DNA from: Planctomycetia bacterium
GTDB lineage: Bacteria > Planctomycetota > Planctomycetia > Pirellulales > UBA1268
Length of the DNA: 64,000 nt
Direction of reading: 5' to 3'
NCBI GenBank assembly: GCA_046343855.1
Contig: JBKDMX010000092.1
Location: forward strand, 18,214 to 82,213
Positions 10,907-20,665 of the stretch are shown piece after piece (the first letter of the stretch is position 1; each line of letters begins with the position of its first letter). The position numbers and the translations under genes are program-made. The notes beneath the pieces are model-generated. The model did not search any database and was not told the origin of the DNA. It was given only the letters and a program-made list of their open reading frames with translations.

Positions 10907-12202
10907 TCAGCCGGTATAGCGACCGGCGATCAGCGAGATGTTTTGGCCGCCGAACCCGAAGCTGTTGGACAGGGCACGGTCGCATCGCGCCTCGCGGGCC
11001 TTGTTGGGCACGTAGTCGAGATCGCAGTTGGGGTCGGGCGTCTCGTAGTTGATCGTCGGCGGCAACACGCCGTCGCGGATCGCCAGCAGGCAGACGATCA
11101 GCTCCGTCGCCCCGGCGGCGGCGATCAGGTGGCCCATCATGCTCTTCGTGCTCGAGACCGGGATCTTGTAGGCCTGCTCGCCGAAGACATTCTTGATCGC
11201 GAGCGTCTCGACCTTGTCGTTGACGTCGGTGCTCGTGCCGTGGGCGTTGATGTAATGGATGTCGTTCAAGCCAAGGCCCGCGTCCTGGAGGGCGAGCTTG
11301 ATGCAGGAGGAGGCGCCGCGGCCCTCTGGATGCGTGTCGGTGATCCGGTAGGCGTCGGCCGTGGAGCCGTAGCCGAGAATCTCGCCGTGGATCTTCGCGC
11401 CCCGCTTCTTGGCATGCTCGAGCTCCTCGAGCACCACCATCGCCGCCCCCTCGCCGAGCACGAAGCCGTCGCGATCATTGTCGAAGGGCCGGCTGGCCCG
11501 GGTCGGCTCGTCGTTGCGGGTGGAGAGCGCCGTGAGCAGGTTGAAGCCCGTCACGCCGAAGGGGTGGATCATGCTGTGGGTGCCGCCCGAGAGCATCACG
11601 TCGGCGTCGCCGCGGCGGACGATCTCCACCGCCTCGCCGATCGCCTGGCTCGAGGCGGCGCAGGCCGTGAGGCAGTTGAGGTTTGGGCCCTGGGCGTCGA
11701 ACATCCCCGCCAGGTGGCCGGCCGGCATGTTCGGCTCCTGCTCCACTTCGGACAGCGGATGCAGCGTCTCGAGGCCGAGCTTCGTGAACTTCGCGACGTC
11801 GAGCGTGTCGCCCGAGATCGCGGCCATCATCATGCTCGTGAACGAGTCGAAGTCCTGCTGCCCCTCGCCGCTGCCGAGGTAGACGCCCAGCCGCGTGGGA
11901 TCGGCGGGCAGGCCCTTCTCGAGGCCCGCGTCGCGCATCGCCTGCAGCGCCGCCCCGGCCGCAAACTTCGTGTGCCGCCCGCAGAAGTGCCAGAGTTTCG
12001 CGTCCTGCCCCTCGTCGGAAATGTCCCAGTTGCGAACTTCCGCCGAGATCTTCGTGGGGAATTTCGAGGCGTCGAAGACGGTGGTGAGCCCCACGCCGGA
12101 GGCGCCGGCCATGAGGTTTTTCCAGAGCTCCTCCACGCGCACGCCGAGCGGCGTGACGAGGCCCATTCCGGTGATCACGACCCTGCGCCTGCCGGCCACC
12201 AT
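10907..12202 (-). CDS. fabF: Beta-ketoacyl-ACP synthase II
   Basis: RRVVITGMG, TACAAS (catalytic Cys), INAHGTST, KSMMGHL, SNSFGFGG. Confidence 0.92.
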   Translation of the reverse strand: MVAGRRRVVITGMGLVTPLGVRVEELWKNLMAGASGVGLTTVFDASKFPTKISAEVRNWDISDEGQDAKLWHFCGRHTKFAAGAALQAMRDAGLEKGLPADPTRLGVYLGSGEGQQDFDSFTSMMMAAISGDTLDVAKFTKLGLETLHPLSEVEQEPNMPAGHLAGMFDAQGPNLNCLTACAASSQAIGEAVEIVRRGDADVMLSGGTHSMIHPFGVTGFNLLTALSTRNDEPTRASRPFDNDRDGFVLGEGAAMVVLEELEHAKKRGAKIHGEILGYGSTADAYRITDTHPEGRGASSCIKLALQDAGLGLNDIHYINAHGTSTDVNDKVETLAIKNVFGEQAYKIPVSSTKSMMGHLIAAAGATELIVCLLAIRDGVLPPTINYETPDPNCDLDYVPNKAREARCDRALSNSFGFGGQNISLIAGRYTG

Positions 12203-12228
12203 GCGTTACGGCTCCTGAACCCCTTCGT

Positions 12229-12729
12229 TCACCAGTCGGGCCGCACCAGCGGCTTGCCGTGCTCGTCGCGGCCGACGTCGTAGATGTGCATCTGATCGAG
12301 CCATTGCAAAAGTTCGTGCGGCTCGAAGAGCTTCGGCACGCCCTCGCCCGGCTCGAGGTGGGCGAAGAAGAGCTCGGCCTCGCCCTGGAGCTTGCCATCG
12401 ACGGTGCTCGTCACCTTCGTGAGCGACCCCGTCGGCTTGAGGTCGAGGATCGTCGCCTGGAAGCGGATCGAGTCGCCGGGGACGGCATCGAAGTGAAACT
12501 CGGCGCCGGCCACCTTCGCGAGCACCACGCGGCGGTTGTAGTCGATCGCCTCGGCCACCAGCAGGCCGGCCGTCTGCGCCATCCCCTCGACGATCAGCGA
12601 ATTCGGCATCAGCGCCGCGCCGGGGAAATGATCGTGCATGTGCTCCTCGGCCAGCGACACGTTTTTCACGGCCGTGGCCTGCTTGCCCCGCACGAATTCG
12701 TCGAATCGGTCGATCCAAAACCAGCGCAT
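12229..12729 (-). CDS. FabZ-like 3-hydroxyacyl-ACP dehydratase
   Basis: DRF..AVKNVS..E..DHFPG..MP..LIVEGMAQ hotdog motif. Confidence 0.88.
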   Translation of the reverse strand: MRWFWIDRFDEFVRGKQATAVKNVSLAEEHMHDHFPGAALMPNSLIVEGMAQTAGLLVAEAIDYNRRVVLAKVAGAEFHFDAVPGDSIRFQATILDLKPTGSLTKVTSTVDGKLQGEAELFFAHLEPGEGVPKLFEPHELLQWLDQMHIYDVGRDEHGKPLVRPDW

Positions 12730-12821
12730 GACTGTGTCCAGAGGGATGCCGCCCGGCGGCGCCGCTGCAGGGGCCTAGGGCGTAAGCAACGGAGCCAGGT
12801 CGGACGGTAGAAGGTCGAGGA

Positions 12822-13208
12822 TCAGGCGCCGAGCTTGCTCTGCACGTACCGCACCATGTCTTCCACGGTGAGCGTGTTGGCAAAGTTCTGCACGCTGGGA
12901 TTGGCCTCGAACTTCGTCAGGTCGGCAAACGGCATCCGCGTCTTCAGGGCGGCGATGCCGGCCGCGTTGACCTTGCCGTTGGTGACGAACTCGGTGCTCG
13001 AGAGGACGTCTTCGGGGAAGAGTTCTCCACGCGGGATCTTGATGCCGAACGCCTTCTCCAGGCGGAATACGATGTCGAGGAAGTCGATCGACTCCGCCCC
13101 AAGATCGCCCACCATCGTCGCCGACGGGGAGACTTCATCGTCATCGACGCCGAGCGCATCGACGAGGGCGGACTTGACCTTTTCGAAAATTTCATCGCGG
13201 GACGGCAT
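12822..13208 (-). CDS. Acyl carrier protein, elongated type (128 aa)
   Basis: DLGAESIDFLDIVFRLEKAFGI phosphopantetheine site, an insert of about 45 aa, then TVEDMVRYV. Confidence 0.9.
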   Translation of the reverse strand: MPSRDEIFEKVKSALVDALGVDDDEVSPSATMVGDLGAESIDFLDIVFRLEKAFGIKIPRGELFPEDVLSSTEFVTNGKVNAAGIAALKTRMPFADLTKFEANPSVQNFANTLTVEDMVRYVQSKLGA

Positions 13209-13364
13209 CGACTTGTCACCTTCAAACGGGGATGGGAACTGGGATGGGGACCAATCAACCTAGGAAGGTTTTAATGTCGGCCTGCCAACATGGAAACCCG
13301 AAACCCGATTCCTCGCCGCCATCCGACCTGAAAAACCAGCAAAAACGCCCGTGCCAGCGGATTT

Positions 13365-13943
13365 TCAGCGGGCCAGGGCCGGCGTGCCGACGGCGGGCAG
13401 GGAGGCCGCGGGCGCCATCTGGGCACCGTAGACCATGTGGCGCTGGGCTCCGCCGGCCCGGCCGGCCGGATGGAGGATGGCCCAGAGCTTCCGCATCTCG
13501 GCCCGCACCCGGGCGTCGACGGCATCGCCATAGGGCTGCCGGTCGGCCATATTGTAGCGCTCGAGCACGAGCCGGGCGGTCAGGCTCGTCCGCTCGCCCG
13601 AAGCACTCGACACGGTTCCGCTGGCCTTCACCTTCGTCGTGGTCTCATCCTGGGAGAGCACTTCGGCCGTGACGGTGAGCACCCGGCCCGGCTCCACGAA
13701 ATCGCCATACTTCACGTTCTTCGCCGACCGCAGCACCACGATGCTGTGGGCGAAGTCTTCGCCAAGGCGGATCGTCCAGGCGGCGGCCTGCGTCATCGCC
13801 TCGAGCATCAGCACGCCCGGCATCACGGGAAACCGCGGGAAGTGGTCGGCGAGATACTCTTCCGACAGCGAGAGCGTCTTGATGGCGGTGATGCTTTTGC
13901 CTGGATCGATGGCCACGACACGGTCGAGCAGCGTGAAACGCAT
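13365..13943 (-). CDS. FabZ-like 3-hydroxyacyl-ACP dehydratase
   Basis: MRFTLLDRV, EEYLADHFPRFPVMPGVLMLEAMTQ; start at 13943. Confidence 0.88.
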   Translation of the reverse strand: MRFTLLDRVVAIDPGKSITAIKTLSLSEEYLADHFPRFPVMPGVLMLEAMTQAAAWTIRLGEDFAHSIVVLRSAKNVKYGDFVEPGRVLTVTAEVLSQDETTTKVKASGTVSSASGERTSLTARLVLERYNMADRQPYGDAVDARVRAEMRKLWAILHPAGRAGGAQRHMVYGAQMAPAASLPAVGTPALAR

Positions 13944-14309
13944 GAGACATCCGTTGCGAAGAGAGTGACGTGCTGGCCGGTGGTCCGAGGGGTGCTGCCA
14001 CAAGGCACCGCCCGGATGTGTCCACCTGTCCTCGCCGCGGCGAGTCCGTGCACGTGACCCGCAGTATAGGGATTCCTCCCCCGCCCACAACCGCCGCAAG
14101 CCGGCGGGCCGGGCAAATTCCGCCCTCCCTCGAGCCAACGGCCGCCACGATCGTCGCAACCCCGCAGGCTTCACAAAAATTCGGCGGCTTGCCTCTCGCC
14201 GCAGTGCCCGCGAACGATTTTCCCGAGTTCCAACGTTCGGAGGTCCAGTTTCCAAAGCTCCAGGGACGGCGCCCAGGAAAAGCAGCAGCCACTTTTTCAG
14301 GAGCCTGTC

Positions 14310-14825
14310 ATGCCTACGTCGTATCGTGCGGGTTTCGCGCACCCCTTCGAAATCGCGCCTTCGCTTCACGAACTCCGGGACGAACTGGATCGACTCTGGG
14401 GCAATCTTGCGACCGCACCGCCGCTGCATGGCTGGGGCGTCCGCCCTGAAGGCGGCAGTTTCCCGGCCGTCACCATGCGCGAGACCGACGAATCCCTCGT
14501 CGTGGAGGCCGAATTACCGGGCCTCGACGTCGGCGATGTCGAGATTTCGGTCGCCGGCGACGAGCTTCTTGTGAAGGGCTCGCGGCCGGAGTGCGCGGTG
14601 GGCAAGCAGCCCGGCGGCTCTGGCAACGGCGAGCCGCAGGGGAAGGAATGCGTTACCTGGCACCGGCGCGAGCGCGGCACCGGCGCGTTCGAGCGGCGGA
14701 TCGCGCTGCCCGTTCCGGTCGATGCCACCCGTGTCGATGCCCGGCTCACCAACGGCGTGCTCACGGTCACCTGCCCCAAGGCGCCGGAGGCCCAGCCCCA
14801 CAAGGTGCAGGTGCGCACCGCCTGA
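14310..14825 (+). CDS. Hsp20 small heat shock protein
   Basis: FPAV..RET..AELPGL, RRER..GAFERRIALP, A.L.NGVL.V.CPK. Confidence 0.92.
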   Translation: MPTSYRAGFAHPFEIAPSLHELRDELDRLWGNLATAPPLHGWGVRPEGGSFPAVTMRETDESLVVEAELPGLDVGDVEISVAGDELLVKGSRPECAVGKQPGGSGNGEPQGKECVTWHRRERGTGAFERRIALPVPVDATRVDARLTNGVLTVTCPKAPEAQPHKVQVRTA

Positions 14826-14865
14826 TCCCACGACTCCAATCATCCCCCAGCGAAGGAGACTTTCC

Positions 14866-15252
14866 ATGGTCAGCACCACGGTCACGAAGGCGGAACCCGC
14901 GGCACCGGCGCAGCAGCCGAGCCTCACCTACCAGCCGAACGTCGACATCTGCGACCGCGGCGCGGAGGTGCTGCTCGTGGCAGACATCCCCGGCGCCCGC
15001 GCCGACGGCATCGATGTCTCGTTCGAGGATGGCGTGCTCTCGGTGCACGCCTCCGTGCCGGCGCGGGAAATGCCCGGTCGGGTCGTCCACCAGGAATACG
15101 GAATCGGCGACTACCGCCGGACGTTCCGGCTCGGCGACGAATTCGACGCCTCGCAGATCACGGCCGACTATCGCCGCGGCGTGCTCACGATCCATGTGCC
15201 TCGGCTGGCGGCGGTGAGGCCGCGGAAGGTCGAGGTTCGCAGCGGTTCGTGA
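14866..15252 (+). CDS. Hsp20 small heat shock protein
   Basis: PNVDI, ADIPG, GDYRRTFRL, A.YRRGVLTIHVP; AAGGAG RBS. Confidence 0.9.
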   Translation: MVSTTVTKAEPAAPAQQPSLTYQPNVDICDRGAEVLLVADIPGARADGIDVSFEDGVLSVHASVPAREMPGRVVHQEYGIGDYRRTFRLGDEFDASQITADYRRGVLTIHVPRLAAVRPRKVEVRSGS

Positions 15253-15299
15253 TTGTTTTCCGTCGTCGTTTCCCACCAGTCCCAGAGAAGGAGAGATCC

Positions 15300-15788
15300 A
15301 TGAGTCTGATTCCTTTTCGCACGAAGCGGACCAGCGGCATGGAGACCGGCAACCTGATGAACCTCGCCGAGTTTCGCAACGAGATGAACCGTCTCTTCGA
15401 GGGCTTCATGAGCCGCACGTCGGCGCTCGCGCCCTCGTGGTTCGAGTCGATCGAGCCCGGCCAGTGGATCCCGTCGATCGATCTCTCGGAGACCGACACG
15501 AAGATTCGCGTGCGGGCCGAGCTCCCGGGCATCGACCCGAAGGACGTCGACGTGAGCGTGTCGGGCGACCGACTCGTGATCGCGGGCGAGAAGAAGTCGT
15601 CGACGCAGGAATCAGGGGAGGGCTGGTCGCACTGCGAGAGCCGCTACGGGGCCTTCAGCCGCGCGATCCCGCTCCCCGAGCCGGTCGATCCGGCGAAGGT
15701 CACCGCGCGATACGACAAGGGCGTGCTGATGGTCGAACTCACGAAGTCCCCTTCGGCCGCATCGCGAAAGGTGCCCGTGCTGACGTGA
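15300..15788 (+). CDS. Hsp20 small heat shock protein
   Basis: PSIDLSET, AELPGIDP, ESRYGAFSRAIPLP, A.YDKGVL; AAGGAG RBS. Confidence 0.92.
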   Translation: MSLIPFRTKRTSGMETGNLMNLAEFRNEMNRLFEGFMSRTSALAPSWFESIEPGQWIPSIDLSETDTKIRVRAELPGIDPKDVDVSVSGDRLVIAGEKKSSTQESGEGWSHCESRYGAFSRAIPLPEPVDPAKVTARYDKGVLMVELTKSPSAASRKVPVLT

Positions 15789-15795
15789 CTGCCGA

Positions 15796-15866
15796 GTAGG
15801 ACAGGCCTCCGTGCCTGTCTTGCATGGTCCTCGCGCAGACCAGACAGGCCCAGAGGCCTGTCCTAC
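15796..15866. repeat. Inverted REP doublet (REPIN-like)
   Basis: GTAGGACAGGCCTCCGTGCCTGTC (15796-15819) and GACAGGCCCAGAGGCCTGTCCTAC (15843-15866). Confidence 0.85.
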
Positions 15867-15949
15867 TCCTGGCAAAACGCTTGTTCCCGATATGCTATGT
15901 GGGCCGCGGTGCGATCCCGTCACCGCGGCCCACTCGCTTTTCCGTCGCC

Positions 15950-16780
15950 ATGCCGCTCGTCATCGAACCTGCCGCCCACGACTGCTTGTCGATCGAGGTC
16001 GACGGCCTCGCGCCCGATCGTCTGGCGGATCGCTCCGCGGCCGAGATCGCGCGGCTCGTCGTCCGGGCTGACGCGCGGCCCACGGCCCTCGGCGACCTCT
16101 TCCGCATCGAGGGCAGCTGCGGCGACCAACGCATCGAATGCCGCGGCGACTTTTCCCGGGTGCACGGAATCGGCGCCGGCATGGCCGCAGGCGAGATCGT
16201 GGTCGACGGCCCCGTCGGCCGCCACGCCGGCGAGGGCATGTCGGGCGGACTGCTTGCCGTGTCGGCCGATGCCGGTGATTGGCTTGCCGCAGGCATGACC
16301 GGCGGCACCGTCCGCGTCGGCGGCCGCACCGGCGACAATGCGGCGGCGGCGCTCCCCGGCTGCGAGCACGGCATGCGCGGCGGCATCGTGATTATCGGCG
16401 GCGATGCCGGCTGTCTGGCCGGGGCGCGGATGCGTCGCGGGCTCCTGGCGATCGGCGGCAATACCGGCGAGGCGGCCGCGTTTGAACTGCGAGCGGGCAC
16501 CGTGCTCGTGGCCGGCGACGTCGGCACACGGGCGGGCATGGGCATGCGACGGGGATCGCTCATCGCGGGCGGTTTGGCGCCCGAAGTGCCGCCGACGTTT
16601 CGCCGCGGATCAGCCTGGGCGCCGACGTTTCTGCAGCTGCTCGCCCGCCGGCTGCGGCAGCTCGGTTTCGAGCCTGCCGGCCGGGATTGCGGCGGCTTCC
16701 TGGCCGGGATCTGGCAGCAGTGGCACGGCGACCGGCTGACCGGCGGCCGCGGCGAGATTTTCCACCGGCTGGCGTCCTGA
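15950..16780 (+). CDS. fhcC: Formyltransferase/hydrolase complex subunit C (FhcC/FwdC)
   Basis: GXGXG beta-helix repeats ([31 protein letters not shown]), C-terminal GD..GGRGEI. Confidence 0.85.
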   Translation: MPLVIEPAAHDCLSIEVDGLAPDRLADRSAAEIARLVVRADARPTALGDLFRIEGSCGDQRIECRGDFSRVHGIGAGMAAGEIVVDGPVGRHAGEGMSGGLLAVSADAGDWLAAGMTGGTVRVGGRTGDNAAAALPGCEHGMRGGIVIIGGDAGCLAGARMRRGLLAIGGNTGEAAAFELRAGTVLVAGDVGTRAGMGMRRGSLIAGGLAPEVPPTFRRGSAWAPTFLQLLARRLRQLGFEPAGRDCGGFLAGIWQQWHGDRLTGGRGEIFHRLAS

Positions 16781-16887
16781 CCGCCGGTTTTCGCCCCCCG
16801 CTTTTGTTGGCCTCCGCTTTCGGCTACTCTTTGGGGCTCCCGCCATCCCTGGCGGCGACCGTCCCGTTCCCCAACGAATTCCTCGGT

Positions 16888-17256
<369 letters not shown>

Positions 17257-17274
17257 TCCACAAACAACGAAGCC

Positions 17275-17745
17275 ATGGGAAAGATCACCTCCAGCCGCGA
17301 GCAGCTCATCCCCGACCCCCGTTTTGGGTCGCTCCTCGCCAGCAAGTTCATCAATTGCCTCATGGTCGACGGCAAGAAGAGCGTCGCCCAGCAGGTCTTC
17401 TACAAGGCCATGGACATCGTCGCCCAGAAGGTGACCGACGTCGAGCCGATCGAGGTGTTCAACCGGGCGCTCGACAACGTGAAGCCCTCCGTCGAAGTGC
17501 GTTCGAAGCGCGTCGGTGGTGCCGCCTACCAGGTGCCGATGCAGGTCAACCGCAACCGCCAGCAGTCGCTCGGCATCCGCTGGATGCTCCAGGCCGTTCG
17601 CGAGAAGAAGGGCCGCGCCACGCACGAGAAACTCGCCGAGGAAATCATGGCCGCCTACAAGCGTGAAGGCGCGGCGGTCACCAAGCGCGACAACGTGCAT
17701 CGCATGGCCGACGCCAACAAGGCGTTCGCCCACTTCGCCTGGTAG
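17275..17745 (+). CDS. rpsG: 30S ribosomal protein S7
   Basis: [37 protein letters not shown]. Confidence 0.99.
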   Translation: MGKITSSREQLIPDPRFGSLLASKFINCLMVDGKKSVAQQVFYKAMDIVAQKVTDVEPIEVFNRALDNVKPSVEVRSKRVGGAAYQVPMQVNRNRQQSLGIRWMLQAVREKKGRATHEKLAEEIMAAYKREGAAVTKRDNVHRMADANKAFAHFAW

Positions 17746-17810
17746 GACAGGCCTCCGTGCCTGTCACACGAACAGTTCCGCCACACGAGACAGGCACAGA
17801 CCTGTCCTAC
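17742..17810. repeat. Inverted REP doublet starting at the rpsG stop codon
   Basis: GTAGGACAGGCCTCCGTGCCTGTC (17742-17765) and GACAGGCACAGACCTGTCCTAC (17789-17810). Confidence 0.85.
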
Positions 17811-17812
17811 GG

Positions 17813-19675
17813 TCAGCGGACTCTGACCCGCGCGGGCAGCATCATCAGCGGCCGCCCCGAGGCGAGTTGCGCGAGCGCCTGCGTCGATGCGGCGATCGCG
17901 TCCATGCCGGGTGCCTTGCCGAGGCCGGCCAGCACGAGGGCTTCGGCCGCTGGCGCCGTCGGCAGGCCTTTCATGCCAAAGAGGTCGTCGAACAGGCCGC
18001 GCGGCTCGGGGAGCAGCACGCGTTCGATCTCCTCGTCGTCTTCGATGCCCGCCAACTGTTTCGCCTCGTCGATCGCATCGTCGAGGGTGCCGAGCCGGTC
18101 CACGAGGCCGGCCTCCTTCGCCATGCGGCCGGTGTAAACACGGCCCTCGGCGAGCGCGGGCATCTTCTCGATGTCGAGCTTGCGGCCCTCGGCCACCTTC
18201 GTCGTGAAGAGCCGGTAGACATCTTTCATCGTGCCGAGGAATGCCTCCCGCTCGTCGGCGGTGAAGGGCGTCTGCATCGACAGCCAGCCGGCGTTGCGGC
18301 CCTTGCTGACGACGTCGGTGTGCACGCCGTAGCGCTCGAGCGCCCCGCCGACGGCGATCTTGCCGCCCACCACGCCGATCGAGCCCGTGAGCGTGCCGGG
18401 GGCGGCCACGATCTTGTCGGCGGCGACGGCGATGTAGTAGCCGCCGCTGGCGGCGGTGTCGGAGAGGCTCGCCACGACCGGCTTCTTCGTCCGCTGCGCC
18501 TCCCGCCAGATCAGGTCGCTCGCGAGCGCCGAGCCACCCGGCGAATCGATCCGCAGCACGATCGCGGCCACTTGTTCATCCTTCGCGGCGTCGCGGATCG
18601 CCTCGATCACGGTGTCGCTCCCGGCCGAGCCGCCGGCGAGCAGGTCGTCGGTGCCCTTGCCCTCCTTGATCTCGCCGGTCACGTGCACGATCGCGATCTG
18701 CTTCCCCTTGCCCGCCGGTGCGGGCTTCGCCTGCCCGGAAAGCAGTTCGGCGAGTTTCACGAGGCCGCCGAGGCCGGAGAAATCGTTGTCCACCTTGCGC
18801 TCGGCGTAGTCGCGGGCGATCTTCGGATCGTCGAGCTTCACCTTCGCGGCGAGCGCGGCGGCCACCTCGTCTTCGTAGCCCACCGCGTCGATCAGTTTCG
18901 CCTCGCGGGCCGCCTCCGGCGTGAAAACGCCTATGTCCACGAGCTCGCGGACCTTTTCGGCCGCCAGCCCGCGGTCGGCGGCGACCCGCTCCACGAGCTG
19001 CTCGAAGAGGTCGCCGATGAAGTTTTCATACTGCGCCCGTAACTGCGGGCTCATCGAGGTCCGCGTGAGCGGCTCGCCCGCCCCCTTGAATTCGCCCACC
19101 TGCAGAATCTCGGCCTCCACGCCGAGCTTGTCGAGCATGCCCTTGAAGAAGGTCACTTCCGCCCGCACGCCGGCGATCTCGAGCGTGGCGGCCGGCGGCA
19201 TCGTGATCGAGTCGCAGGCGAGGGCCACCAGATAATGGACGGGAGCGGAGCCGACGAGATGGGCGGCAACGGGCTTTCCGGCCTTCCGCACCCGCGCGAT
19301 CGCGGCCCGCAATTCTTCCGCCCGTGCCCGGCCAAGATCGGGCGATTCGATCGAGAGCAGAACCCCCTTCACACGACTGTCTTCGGCGGCCTTGTCGAGC
19401 CGCTCCACGATCCGATGCAGGTGGGGCGACACGTCGGCCAGCAGCCCCCCCTGCCCCACGCCGTCGGGCAGCTTTCCAGCGAGCGAAACATGGGCGATCA
19501 CTGCCGTCGCCTTCTTCTTGGCTGGCTTGGCGGCCGGCTTGGCGGCCGGCTCGGCGGTCGGCTCGGCCACGGCTGCCGGCTCAGCCCCCCCTGGAACCGC
19601 GAACAGAAGGACCGCCACCAGCGACAGCAGCGGGAAAAACCGGGAGAAGAACCGCACACAAGGGCCGCACGACAT
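17813..19675 (-). CDS. sppA: Signal peptide peptidase SppA (long form)
   Basis: GEFKGAGE (Lys), RIDSPGGSALASD, AASGGYY (Ser), TGSIGV, GRVYTG. Start uncertain; 19675 chosen. Confidence 0.92.
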   Translation of the reverse strand: MSCGPCVRFFSRFFPLLSLVAVLLFAVPGGAEPAAVAEPTAEPAAKPAAKPAKKKATAVIAHVSLAGKLPDGVGQGGLLADVSPHLHRIVERLDKAAEDSRVKGVLLSIESPDLGRARAEELRAAIARVRKAGKPVAAHLVGSAPVHYLVALACDSITMPPAATLEIAGVRAEVTFFKGMLDKLGVEAEILQVGEFKGAGEPLTRTSMSPQLRAQYENFIGDLFEQLVERVAADRGLAAEKVRELVDIGVFTPEAAREAKLIDAVGYEDEVAAALAAKVKLDDPKIARDYAERKVDNDFSGLGGLVKLAELLSGQAKPAPAGKGKQIAIVHVTGEIKEGKGTDDLLAGGSAGSDTVIEAIRDAAKDEQVAAIVLRIDSPGGSALASDLIWREAQRTKKPVVASLSDTAASGGYYIAVAADKIVAAPGTLTGSIGVVGGKIAVGGALERYGVHTDVVSKGRNAGWLSMQTPFTADEREAFLGTMKDVYRLFTTKVAEGRKLDIEKMPALAEGRVYTGRMAKEAGLVDRLGTLDDAIDEAKQLAGIEDDEEIERVLLPEPRGLFDDLFGMKGLPTAPAAEALVLAGLGKAPGMDAIAASTQALAQLASGRPLMMLPARVRVR

Positions 19676-19781
19676 GGGCTGGAAAATCTCCGTAGGTGCC
19701 GACGATCGCCGAATCGGTGACGCTGTAGTGTAGCCGCGGCGGGGGCCGGGCCGAATTCCGCACGAAAAAAAACAACGGGGC

Positions 19782-19820
19782 TTGTCATTGAACGGCCGTA
19801 TAGTAAGATACTGGCGTCCA
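19782..19820 (+). promoter_or_regulatory. Putative lexA sigma70 promoter with candidate operators
   Basis: TTGTCA-N16-TAAGAT overlapped by TGAAC-N4-GTATA and GATAC-N4-GTCCA. Confidence 0.4.
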
Positions 19821-19866
19821 GAAGAAATTCGCCCTACACCCCTTGCGAGCGGCCCAGCCGACAAAA

Positions 19867-20625
19867 ATGCCCAAAGCAATCAGTGCCAAGGTGACCACGA
19901 AAACTGCCCCACGGAAAAAGTCTGCCCGTGTCACGCGTGGGCCCGGCCGGCGAGCCAAGGCGGGGGCGCTGCGGGGCAGCCATTCGGCGCTCAACAGCTT
20001 GCTTCCAGCCACGACGATCGCCGAAAGCGAGGGCAGCGACGCCCCGACGGAGCGGCAGCTCGAGATTTATGCCTTCATCCGTGACAAGATCCATTCCCGC
20101 GGGTTTGGCCCGACGGTCCGTGAAATCGGCCATGCCTTCAAAATCCGCTCGCCAAACGGTGTGGTCTGCCATCTGAAGGCCCTTGAGCGTAAGGGGCTGA
20201 TTACCCGCGGCAAAAACATGTCTCGGGCGATCGAACTCGTGACCGAGCCGGCCCATCTTCGCGGCCTGCCTTTGGCGGGCTGGGTAGCCGCCGGCACGCT
20301 GCGGGCCGCCGAGGAGCAGAAGGAGCGGATCGACTTCGAGGAGCTCTTCAATCGCGACAATCACTTCGTGCTGAAGGTGATGGGCGATTCGATGATCGAC
20401 GCTCAGATCGCCGACGGCGACTGGGTGGTGATCCAGAAGAAGCAGTCGGCCCATTCGGGCGACATCGTCGTGGCCCAGACGGAAGACGGCGAGGCGACGC
20501 TCAAGCAATGGTTCCCGGAGCGCGACCGCATCCGGCTCCAGCCTGCCAATTCCTCGATGAAGCCGATCTACGTAAAAAACGCCCGCGTCCTCGGCGTCCT
20601 CGTCGGCGTCGTCCGCAAAACGTAG
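19867..20625 (+). CDS. lexA: SOS repressor LexA
   Basis: TERQ..PTVREIG..SPNGV..HL.ALERKG winged HTH, VAAG cleavage site, GDSM (Ser), ATLK (Lys). Confidence 0.95.
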   Translation: MPKAISAKVTTKTAPRKKSARVTRGPGRRAKAGALRGSHSALNSLLPATTIAESEGSDAPTERQLEIYAFIRDKIHSRGFGPTVREIGHAFKIRSPNGVVCHLKALERKGLITRGKNMSRAIELVTEPAHLRGLPLAGWVAAGTLRAAEEQKERIDFEELFNRDNHFVLKVMGDSMIDAQIADGDWVVIQKKQSAHSGDIVVAQTEDGEATLKQWFPERDRIRLQPANSSMKPIYVKNARVLGVLVGVVRKT

Positions 20626-20643
20626 GATAGGCTTCAGCCTGTC
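20622..20643 (+). repeat. REP at the lexA stop codon
   Basis: GTAGGATAGGCTTCAGCCTGTC. Confidence 0.82.
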
Positions 20644-20665
20644 AAAGTAGACCGCCTGTCCCCCG

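Noticed and set aside
13339-13357. Sigma54-like CTGGCACGGGCGTTTTTGC upstream of the ACP gene
   Set aside because: GG-to-GC spacing is 13 nt instead of the required 10.
13950-14309. CIRCE or sigma54 element upstream of the Hsp20 trio
   Set aside because: No TTAGCACTC-N9-GAGTGCTAA or correctly spaced GG-N10-GC consensus found by eye.
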